Shown here piece by piece: positions 13,501 to 25,500 of a stretch of DNA of 64,000 bases. The position numbers were made by a program, and so were the translations under genes. This DNA is from Phoronis australis (taxonomy: Eukaryota > Animalia > Phoronida), in the NCBI GenBank assembly GCA_002633005.1, contig NMRA01000041.1, positions 62,001-126,000 of the forward strand. Reading direction: 5' to 3'. Under the pieces are notes generated by a model that worked only from the letters and a program-made list of their open reading frames with translations, did no database searches and was not told the DNA's origin. Every line of letters begins with the position of its first letter. Positions within the stretch are counted from its first letter, which is position 1.

Positions 13501-16500
13501 TAGACGGATGCAAAATTTAAAATACACAGTTGATCACAGGATGTGTTCCTCAACACAATTAATTACGCCTGGACCTGTTTTAAAGTATTGTGCAGCAAAG
13601 ACTTCACATCATTGTAATACAAGTAAAACCTGATTATTTATTTCGTCCTACGAGAAAACCTTAAATTACGCAATTAACTTTATTTGGTTTCATTTATGTC
13701 ACAATCAACATCAAACTATAATATAAAAGCACATTAATCAACAAAGTTACCTTTAGTTATGATAAAATTAAAAATGATGGTAAAAATTTCAACAATTGGT
13801 CTTTAGCAAGGAGATGTTCAATTGCGTTCCGTTACAGACCATCTGTTACATAATTAACCACAAATATTTTCACGAAGACATTTATTAATGAATTTTCTAA
13901 ACAAACAAACATTCTAGAGTTGACTGATTGCTTATTCATGCCAGTTAGTCATTTTTTTTTCAGCCCGAGAAAACGAATAGACTTATTTTCATTGAAAATA
14001 TATATGCTCTATTAATGATGATAATTACCATCCCAAGTGTCAGGAAAATTATTTTTTTTCTTTTGACATGTTTGTACAAGTTATAAACATTAACATTAAT
14101 TTGAAGTCAAAATAAAGCCTCCTGTTCATCACCTGAAACAATAATAAAGAAAATATTTCGTTTCAAGCCATTTCAAAAATAACCACATGATTTTGACCTT
14201 GGTTTGACCTTGACCTTTTTGTCTCAAATGTCGGGCAACAGACCTCCATGTGATTCAGCATGTTCCAAAGTATCTATGCGCCAGATTTCGTGCTTTAATC
14301 CGGTGTGTAAATGTTTTTGGTGTTTTGGCTGCTAAGGGACCGCACTGTGATGACCTTTTTGGAAATTGTAGAGTATACTCATTTCCTTGAGTTTGAAACC
14401 ATTACAGACACGAGTTCCATTGTCTCGCTGTATGAACTCCATGCAAACATTTGTGTTACATCAATGATTTAACAGAACATTCTCAATTTTAAGTTCTTAA
14501 AACGTCATTTTAAATTATTACCACACATACTTCACTCACATTTACGTATGGGTGACAATAGTGAGAATTGTTGAACAATCCTAACAGTTAATGTCAGAAA
14601 CAGTTTTCGGATCTGAGCCCGGGGTCTAATCTCGAGCATGATTGGTTAAGTTTCAATTGCGAGCCGTCAGTCTGAGTCAAGTCCAAGTTCGGAGATTAAA
14701 CCCATGGCCCTGACCATTTAACTTACCATTAAACTGGCAGATGTAAAAGCAGGGAATTCCCCATATCTCATTATTCCCTTTGAAACCATCGTTCCATTTG
14801 TATAAGGGAGGATCATCTGTAAAGATAGTCACTGGTAATTCAGTTATGTATTATAGCATTGGTTAAAAGTCAAAATGAATTAAAGACCTCGACCACCGAT
14901 TTCATGAATATTTTTCCATTTTCGATTGTTCAATGTTAAATTGCACCAAAGATTCATTAATTTAAAATCATGGTGGAGCCATTTATCAGAGCCTGCCTGT
15001 GGAAGCCTACAGTGAAATTGCATTCTTTCTTATCTTTGGTATATAAGTTAAACAAAAATAAAGGTCTAATAGGCTGAGCTTTACGCCACAGTAGCGTGCA
15101 GCCGAAGGGGGATGGGGCTACGGCCCCGGGCATCCACATTGGAGGGCATCCAATGACAACAAATAAACATTTTGAAATTGTGACTGATTTGTTATAAAAT
15201 TAAGTTTCCTTAGTACCAGGGTCCATGCATCTGAGTGGAGAGAGGACATCTTATAAAACATCGCCCAGGACATCATCAAACCTCTGCACACTACTGTTAC
15301 GCCACTATGTAACGCCAATGTGTTTACGCACTTGTATTACCTTTTGGAAATATCTGCAACACGTCTTCGTGGCCAGCTAAGTCGTTCGGCTCTCCTAGGT
15401 GCCAATTGTACCAGGATACCTCCTCTCCTGAAAACACAGTTACGATAACGTGGAACATTCATGAACTCTGTTCACAGATGTTAAAGAGGCATGGAACGCG
15501 AATTCTGGTCAAAAATATCTTTTATTAAACAATTACTGACGAAAGTGCTATCTTGCAACGTCTAGTACACAGTAATTCACTTTTCTCTGAAGGAAATTTC
15601 CAGAAAAAAAATCACAAAATTCACGATTTTTGAAATGCACACGAAGGAAAAACTTTTTAGTTACTATAGACTTTCTAATCTCCCTCCCACTTACAAGAAA
15701 TGCGCGCATGCGCTCACAGTCAGTTGCTTGAAGTCGCTTGAGGTCAAAGGTCACATTTCCATATAAGGGAAATGCGCCACGTGAGACGTGCTTTAGCTAG
15801 TGGGAGAAAAAAATGGACGAAGACGCGAGCAGTTGACAGGTCGTTTTTTGAAATTTGAAACTTAAAGAAAACGCTCTGGAATCAACAGAAATTAAAGATC
15901 TTTACGAAAAAAACTTAAAAATACCTGGTGGGCAGGTTGAATTCTGTTTTTGTGGCAGAGAACCACTTTCAATATAACAATTTAGTCTGTTTATCGCATT
16001 GGGCCAGGCCTCTTTTAAGGTTGACGAACATTTGTGTACAATGACGAAGGAGATCAGAGGATGAAAATTTTAAAGCCATGTTTTGTGAAATTTGACTGGG
16101 CTTTTCGTCATATGCGTCAGCTTATCGTAAAACAGATCGAAAACATCACTGCACATAGTGGGCCTACTTTTAGTGTTCAAAACCTTAGCCTGCACTTGCA
16201 GCAAAAACCTCACTTGATGGAACGTAAGCATAGAATTCTACCCCATCATTTATTCCAACTTCACCAACCAATCACTTCATTGGAGTAATTTTGCTAGAAT
16301 TTGTCGAGCACACTTGCGAAACACTCGCATTACACTATCCTGTGGTGTTTTGTTGTCTCGTTTTTTTCGCAAGCACTTTGTCCACAGAACGCTATCCCTG
16401 CTTCATTTTACGCTTTGTGATTGCGCTCGGCTGCATTCCGGGAAACCGTGAAAATAACAGAAGTCCTACCATTGCTGAAAAACCATTGCTTCTTTTTGAA

Positions 16501-19500
16501 ACCGGCTATCCATGTGCCCCCTGTAGTGCCTTTCAGTAATCTATCAATGTGTGCCTTTGTCACATTGTCGTTGATTACCGCCAAGCGTCCGCCATCGTTG
16601 ATACAATGCCACCTGGCGTCGTTCCAGTTCTTGCGTTCTTGAACAAGTTCATAACGAGTAACTGTCGTCTTCCTCGTAACAACTGAAATAAAGGACCGGA
16701 AAGCGTATTTGCTTGGCATTCTCTTCCCCTGGTCACCGCACGTTGACATAAAAATTATCTTGAGTCATACTCAAGGTGTTCCATCGAAATTGGAATCCCG
16801 GTGTAAAACAGATTTCCCGTAGTCGAAAGCAGACTCCCATACATTCAAAACAGCTAATCAGCTTGAAAAACACGAAACCCGACCTTTAGAACACGGATAC
16901 CGACCTTTGAAACACGTCCGCGGGGACCGGACAGGAAGTCCGGACAATTTTTCAAATTTTCTGAGACCATGATGGTGTCAGTATCCTCAAACTTAAATTA
17001 GCATCTTTAGGTACTTTCCAGCTGTTTTCTGCATTTCTTTGTTAAAGTTGTCAACAATAAAACGTAACTTTTATTATATTAACTTTATTATTTGATTTTT
17101 ATCGGTGCAACTTGTTTTGAGGGAGAATTTCGACATAATCCATACTTTTAACACGCTGCTACATGTATGTCTGTGAATATTTAGTTAATTTCAAATTGTT
17201 ATTTACTAGTTTGTCCACAAATATTTTCAAAAATGAAAAAAATACTAATTCGGTTTCTGAACTCAGTGCATTTACTTCTTATTGGCGGATGTTGGATTTT
17301 GTGACCGTTGTGGCGTCCACCACACTAGCAGACGCCATTTCTTATTGTCCACCCTGTCGGGTGCACTGTACACGTCTGCGAATAAAACAGGTTCTTAAGA
17401 ATCAACACTTTTTTGCGCTAGACATCGGTCATAAGTTGTCTTAAATAGCACTTTAGAGGAACCATTCTCTTGAGATTAACAACGTTTGAACGCTTAAAGT
17501 ACGGGAGTGGTGTTTCAGTACGCCGGTGTCCGGTCTGATCTCCGGGGTTCCTGTTTTAAAGGTCGGGGTTCGTGTTTTTCGGGCTGATTAGCTGCTTTGA
17601 CAGTGTGGGAGTCTGTTTTTGACTCCGGGATACCTGTTTTTCTATGAAGTTCCAATTTCGACCTTGATACTGCTGTGCGGGTACCCTATAGTTGTCACTC
17701 AAGACTCAGCGTACTGTACAGCTGGGTAACTGGTGTTGTATGTGTATTACTTTCAAATAACCTCACTAATATTGTGACTCATCTTTTAACAGTTTGCAAT
17801 GGTTTTACGAGTCACTGCTGTAGAAAGTTGGGCCAAAATTGAAACATCACAAGTCATACATTGTTCCACATATAGCTTGTTGATAGGCCTGGATAGAATG
17901 ACGAGCGACGACAATAGTTTACATGTACATGTAGGTTTAAAATGGCCGATTCTTGGAAACCTGGGCCGTGTTGCATATAACAGCCCCAAATAGGGACTCA
18001 ACTTAGTTCCCTTAATCTTTTGCTCGTTTGTGTCTTTCTTTACTCACAGATGTAATCTTTTTCTATAATTTATCTTAACAATGGGCTACTCTTTGACTAA
18101 TAAAAATTTGTAATAACACAACTAAAAACTGAGCCCTGAATTCAATGAAAATAAATAGTCCTTAAGTTAGGGACATTGCATGAAAAGGGCCCTATCTATT
18201 TTCGATAATATTGCGAATTCAACGTCAAGTTCACTCTCGATTTGTAACAAACCAAAAATTGTCTTAGTAATAAAACTAAAACAGCATAAAAAGGACAATC
18301 GGTGTTTTGACAAATTTGCAATTACGCAGTAGATTTGGAGAACTTAGTTGAGTCCCTATTTGGGACTGTTTCATGCAACCGGGCACTGGGCACCCGCAAA
18401 TCCAGGGTATGTTAGGTCTAAGTCTAGTCGTAACAACGATGGTCTTAGGCAAGTTTTCGAGAAAAAACACGTGAAAACGTCTGTTGAATTGATTGCTTTC
18501 CCATACCGGCCGTTGTGGACTTCGGTAAACTTCAAAACAGAAACATGTATTTTTGAAGCGTTGTTGATTTGCGATAGAATATAACTGAGGTTCAGTTATC
18601 CGTTCGTTATCTTGGTTTGTGAGTCTCCCAATATTTTATCATTGCCACATGCTAAATTCCAATTACGTAACAATGCGTTTTCTGATATCGTTACCTGTAG
18701 TGCTTGGTCTCTTGGTAGAGGGCGTTTCTGTCTGTGAAAAGGTCGCTTCCGTAGTTGTGGTTGAGACGAACTTTTCTACAGCCACTGTATGAAGGAAACA
18801 CAAAGCTGATCAGTTTAATTCCACAACTATAGCGTCACAGCTGATAATAATCAGTTTCAACCAGCATTTGATTGGAAAGAGACAGTTCACTGGTACAGTG
18901 TGCTAGTCAACATACATGGCGGCATGTTGAATGAATCTGTCGAGATTTCGGAGGAATGCTAAAATGAAAAAATGCACACTACGGTGCCAGTGTTACTGTA
19001 CGTGTGATTTAATGTCACCGAATCAGGGTTTGGTTGGTGCGTACTTTTTGAATGTACATTAGGCAAGTTATTGAAATGCAAAGTCTTTGTGAAACTAGAG
19101 TTATCAAAAGACAGATTATTACGCGCTGAAAATAATTAATTCAGCGTGTTGATTAAGCAAAACTACGTTAAGATTAAGCAAAAGTGCGCGTTGAATACGA
19201 GCAGAACGATGATGGTTTGTGTAAAGCAAAACTGCGTTCATTAAACACATTTCAACGCGCTCCATACGGATGCGGCCTCCAACTCGCACCTAGTTTCGTG
19301 TAAGCAGGAAATACATTAAAGTTTCTGACTCTATTGACTTTCTGATTTGGAAAGTTACGTGAGCTGACTAGTCTGATAAATGTTGATGCTATCACTTTAA
19401 AAAGGCTACAGAGAATAGATAAAATAACGTTTCTTTGATATTTTGATTTTATTCTCTACAGTACATACGAAAAGTCTTTAGGGTAATGTTTGTGTAGGTG

Positions 19501-22500
19501 GTGCGCGTTTACAACGAATAAACAACAGTGCAGCTGTGGTACACGCGAAGAGTGAGCATCTAAAGCTGTTGCCGTTACTAGGCCGACGTCAAAGAAAAAT
19601 TAAAAGTGAAAGTCAATTAATGACCGAAAGGGACAAATTTGTGCCATTCACTGTCACTTTTTTATTTTTTAGGAATAATTTTGTGACAGAAAAAAACAGA
19701 ACATTTAGTTTCTACTTGGAACTAGTCTACGTGATGCGGTCTTCGCTTTCACAGCGGAAAACTGGGCAAAGTTGAGATGTGTTTCTTAAATTCGCCGAAT
19801 GACCAGACTGTCTGTACGCACCGCCAACCTTTTCATGGTTAATGTCCTTCGGTAGAAATGTTAATTTATACAAACCTTTGCAAATTNCGAATAAAACAGG
19901 TTCTTAAGAATCAACACTTTTTTGCGCTAGACATCGGTCATAAGTTGTCTTAAATAGCACTTTAGAGGAACCATTCTCTTGAGATTAACAACGTTTGAAC
20001 GCTTAAAGTGCGGGAGTGGTGTTTCAGTACGCCGGTGTCCGGTCTGATCTCCGGGGTTCCTGTTTTAAAGGTCGGGGTTCGTGTTTTTCGGGCTGATTAG
20101 CTTCTTTGACAGTGTGGGAGTCTGTTTTTGACTCCGGGATACCTGTTTTTCTATGAAGTTCCAATTTCGACCTTGATACTGCTGTGCGGGTACCCTATAG
20201 TTGTCACTCAAGACTCAGCGTACTGTACAGCTGGGTAACTGGAGTTGTATCTGTATTACTTTCAAATAACCTCACCAATATTGTGACTCATCTTTTAACA
20301 GTTTGCAATGGTTTTACGAGTCACTGCTGTAGAAAGTTGGGCCAAATTTGAAACATCACAAGTCATACATTGTTCCACATATAGTTTGTTGGTAGGCCTG
20401 GATAGAATGATGAGCGACGACAATAGTTTACATGTAGGTTTAAAATGGCCGATTCTTGGAAACCTGGGCCGTGTTGCATATAACAGCCCCAAATAGGGAC
20501 TCAACTTAGTTCCCTTAATCGTTTGCTCGTTTGTGTCTCTTTTACTCACAGATGTAATCTTTTTCTATAATTTATCTTAACAATGGGCTCTTTGACTAAT
20601 ACAAATTTGTAATAACACAACTAAAAACTGAGCCCTGAATTCAATGAAAATAAATAGGGACTTAGTCCTTAAGTTAGGGACATTGCATGAAAAGGGACCT
20701 ATCTATTTTCGATAATATTGCGAATTCAACGTCAAGTTCACTCTCGATTTGTAACAAACCAAAAATTGTCTTAGTAATAAAACTGAAACAGCATAAAAAG
20801 GACAATCGGTGTTTTCACAAATTTGCAATTACGCAGTAGATTTGGAGAACTTAGTTGAGTCCATATTTGGAACTCTTTCATGCAACCGGGCACTGGGCAC
20901 CCGCAAATCCAGGGTATGTTAAGTCTAGTCGTAACAACGATGGTATTAGGCAAGTTTTCGAGAAAAAAAAAAACACGTGGAAACGTCCGTTGAATTGATT
21001 GCTTTCCCATACCCGGCCGGCCGTTGTAGACTTCGGTAAACTTCATAACAGAAACATGTACTTTTGAAGCGTTGCTGATTCCCGATAGAATAAAGCTGAA
21101 GTTCAGTTATCCGTTCGTTATCTTGGTTTGTGAGTCTCCCAATATTTTACCATTGACACATGCTAAATTCCAATTACGTAACAATGCGTTTTCTGATATC
21201 GTTACCTGTAGTGCTTGGTCTCTTGGTAGAGGGCGTTTCTGTCTGTGAAAAGGTTGCTTCCGTAGTTGTGGATGTGATGAACTTTTCTACAGCCACTGCA
21301 TGAAGGAAACACAATGCTGATCAGTTTAATTTCACAGCTATAGCGTCACAGCAGATAATAATCAGTTTCAACCAGCATTTGATTGGAAAGAGACAGTTCA
21401 CTGGTACAGTGTGCTAGTCAACATACATGGCGGCATGTTGAATGAATCTGTCGAGATTTCGGAGGAATGCTAAAATGAAAAAAAATGCACACTATGGTGC
21501 CAATGTTACTTTACGTACGATTTAATGTCATCGAATCAGGGTCTGGTTGGTGCGTACTTTTTGAATGTACATTAGGCAAGTTATTGAAATGCAAAGTCTT
21601 TGTGAAACTAGAGTTATCAACAGACAGATTATTACGCGCTGAAAATAACTAATTCGGCGTGTTGATTAAGCAAAACTACGTGAAGATTAAGCAAAAGTGC
21701 GCGTTGAATACGAGCAGAACGATGATGGTTTGTGTAAAGCAAAACTGCGTTCATTAAACACATTTCAACGCGCTCCATACGGATGCGGCCTCCAACGCGC
21801 ACCTAGTTTCGTGTAAGCAGGAAATACAGTAAAGTTTCTGACTCTATTGACTTTCTGATTTGGAAAGTTACGTGAGTTGACTAGTCTGATAAATGTTGAT
21901 GCTATCACATTTAAAAAGGCTACAGAGAATATATAAAATAACGTTTCTTTGATATTTTGATTTTATTCTCTACAGTACATACGAAAAGTCTTTAGGGTAA
22001 TGTTTGTGTAGGTGGTGCGCGTTTACAACGAATAAACAACTGCGCAGCTGTGGTACACGCGAAGAGTGAGCATCTAAAGCTGTTGCCGTTATTAGGCCGA
22101 CGTCAAAGAAAAATTAAAACTGAAAGTCAATTAATGACCGAAAGGGACAAATTTGTGCCATTCACTGTCACTTTTTCATTTTTTAGGAATAATATTGTGA
22201 CAGAATAAAACAGAACATTTAGTTTCTACTTGGAACTAGTCTACGTGATGCGGTCTTCGCTTTCACAGCGGAAAACTGGGCAAAGTTGAGATGTGTTTCT
22301 TAAATTCGCCAAATGACCAGACTGTCTGTACGCACCGACAACCTTTTCATGGTTAATGTCCTTCGGTAGAAATGTTAATTTATACAAACCTTTGCAAATT
22401 CCGGCTACTGTTTGGTTTCTAATTCCAGGTAGTGAATTAAAATCACCTGACCTGAAGAATCGACCATGCAGTTGTTGTCCAACAATATTAACCATTTCTA

Positions 22501-25500
22501 CTCGCGAGACTGACTGACCTATGCCAACTGCGAAAATATCTGGCACGACACTGTCGCGGGCTAATTTCGCTTCACGTTCAGTGAGGTCCCTAGCATTTGA
22601 CATGCCATCAGTCACAACAATAGCAATATTAGGAGCCTCCTCTCTGTCGCCTCCACGTTTCGTATAAACATTTTCTCGTAAAATCTTTAATGCGCCCCCT
22701 GTGTTAGTCTTGCCTCCCATGTATGGAATATTGGCAATGGCATTCAGTGTTGCATTCATATTCGTTTTATTGCCCAGCGGTATTTCAATCCTGGCATCTG
22801 TTGCAAAAAGAATCAGTCCAATCTGGAATTTGTTTGGTGCGATGTTGAAAGCTCCGACGACACTTTTAATAAAGTTCTTTGCCAGTTCAAAGTTCCGGAT
22901 TGTTACACTGCCGGAGGCATCAAGAAGAAAAACCAAGTCAGCCGCTGCCTCACATTCTGAAGAAGGTGGCGTAATAGCTAAGGAAAGCAAACCAAACGTT
23001 GGTTATAGATTGGCATGGCTATTCTGAATGAGTAATATGCTAAAGTCTTCTTTAGGCATTTCTACAAGAGTCAACAACACTGCTTCAATCCTAAAACATA
23101 AGTTCTTCGCACGACACCTTCCTACGGCATATTTGTCGTCGCCCGGACGACAAAATGAATATATCTCGAGTGCGACAGTATAAGCCGTTGACAACGATAT
23201 AATTTTTTGTCGCCTGATCAGCGATACCATGCTTCAAGCGGTGCTGCACGGGGTTCCCAATCCAATGTGTTTTAATGCTGGTGCGCGAATCTCAGCTAGT
23301 GTGTGCCAATGTTTTCATCACAGCTGAGATATCAAATTCTAGTATGTAACAATGCAGTCACTCTTATCTAGATTACCTGTAGTGACGGAAAAACTGGTTG
23401 GTCTCCTAGTAGATGGCATCACTGTCACTTCCGTATCCGTGGTTGTGGTGAGCTTGTCTTCTACAGCCACTGCATGAAGGAAACACATCGCAGGCATATT
23501 TATCAACACGTGATTACAACAGAAGATTACCTACCCTAGCTAGTAGTTCTATTTTGTGTGCTGCGGGAGAATTTGAAACACATTCAACAAACCAGACGGC
23601 ATAACGGGTTAAAACCTAACGCCACTCTATTAGTCTCAGTAGGCCTACTACTGTATGCCCATGTTACTTATGAGTGGAAAAAGACAAATGTCATCAGATC
23701 ATGCAAGGCCGGGTTGATGCGTACTTCAGTAAGGTAACTGTAAGAATACCGGCCCGTCCTCGCTTCCATTGGTTAATGTCTTGCTGAAAGTTGAGGTTAT
23801 GTACACTGTACACTCCAGGACTTTATCGATAAGTTTGTGCATTTAGCCAACTATCAACAAAATAATAACCTTTCAATCGAGAAAATTATAATTTTAAAGC
23901 AGAAATTCAAGAGAATTATATTTTTAACTTGATAATGGTCTGCTGTTGATTAGATCACGTGACCTTATTTTTGGTAAAATTTAGCCAATAGAATGATGCA
24001 ATCATAGCAAGAAACAACATGGCCGCCCAGATTTCGCTTAATATAAACGGTTAAGATGAAATTTCAAAAACTCTGTCCCAGTTTGTTAAGTAATCATTTC
24101 GTTTCGTTTAATGCACCTTTTCAGTTTCACAAAAAGTCATAAAACACCTCGCGGATCAATTTAAAATCTGAATTACTAAAGGCGTTAAAGATTTAGAGAA
24201 CAATGCATAAAACATAGTAACTGAATTTTTCAAATGAATCCCTGTCAGCCAATTCTGATATATGCTGTTCCAAACCTTTGCAGGCTGCGTCTGCTATTTG
24301 GTCTACAATTCCAGTTAATGAGTTGAAGTCTTTGCTGCTGAAGAATCGACCAAACGGTGGATGTCCAACAATATTTACCAACTCTTGTATAAGAACAGAC
24401 TGGCCTATACCAATTGCGAAGATATTTGGCACAACGTTTTTACGGGCAATTTTTGCTTCTTGTTTAGTGGAGAGTTTGTCATTTGACACACCGTCAGTCA
24501 TCACAATGGCAATATTGAGAGCCCCTTCCCTGTCGCCTCCATGTTGTGTAAAACCTGTTTCCCGCAAAACCTTTAATGCGCCCCCAGTGTTAGTTGTTCC
24601 TCCTGTTTGCGATATATTGTTAATGGCTTTCAATGTTGCATCCATCGTTTCCTCACTGCCTAAGGGTATTTCGATTCTGACATGCGTTCCATACGTGATC
24701 AAGCCAATCTGGAATTTGTCACGGGCAATAGAGAAAGATCTGACGAGGCTTTTAATGAAGTTCTTTGCCAATTCAAAATCGTGCTTCTTTACACTGTCTG
24801 AGGCGTCCAAAACAAAAATCAAATCACCAGCTGCTTCACACCTTGGCGTTGGCGGAGTAATACCTAACCAAAAATACATGTTATGAGTAACATAAACATA
24901 GAAAAGCACATTTGAATTGCGTCTCTGAATGAAATAACTTGACAAAAGCTGAATTTGTACAACAGCATACTTCTTCGCACGATACAGTCTCGACTATCAA
25001 AGATATGTGCCCGTTAATTTGATGTCGTGACACTGTTTTACTAGTCACGCACTGGGTGTATTTTTCTGTAAAATATGTTAGCGCATATAAACTATGTTCT
25101 GCTGAGCTGGAAACATTCCGTTGAAGCAGAAAGACATTTCCTGGTAAAGCAAAGTCACCCACGTCAACGGAGCTCTGTATCGTGGTACCCGTGAACACCA
25201 ACTTACTTTTCTGAGTTTTAGGCTTCACTGCTTCTGTCGTCGCAACGGCCATTGTTGGTGTCGTCACCACATTACCAAGTGAGCCGTGAAGTGCCACTGC
25301 AATAGCAAACCAATCATTTCTTACCATGGAAGACGGAACTTTTTTACAGGCCGGGTGACGGCATACGTGTAAACAGTAAAAATCACCTTTGTTTCAGGGT
25401 TGTCTTTTACTGCAGAGTGTTAAGCCTTGTTTTGAGACGTTTCCAGTCACCCGGATAGGTAAACTCAATTAGGCAGTGAGACGAGTTTTTATGACCTCTA

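Larger units (their letters stand above)
17379..22400. repeat. ~2.5 kb tandem duplication (17379-19886 / 19888-22400) joined at a single N
   Basis: Near-identical copies; N at 19887. Confidence 0.95.

Noticed and set aside
14353-14460. Possible extra lectin-like exon (NVCMEFIQRDNGTRVCNGFK)
   Set aside because: In-frame TGA just upstream, no good acceptor, weak donor.
24278-24886. 202-aa plus-strand ORF (also 22701-23027, 32531-32866, 8227-8409)
   Set aside because: Antisense shadows of vWA and mucin exons.
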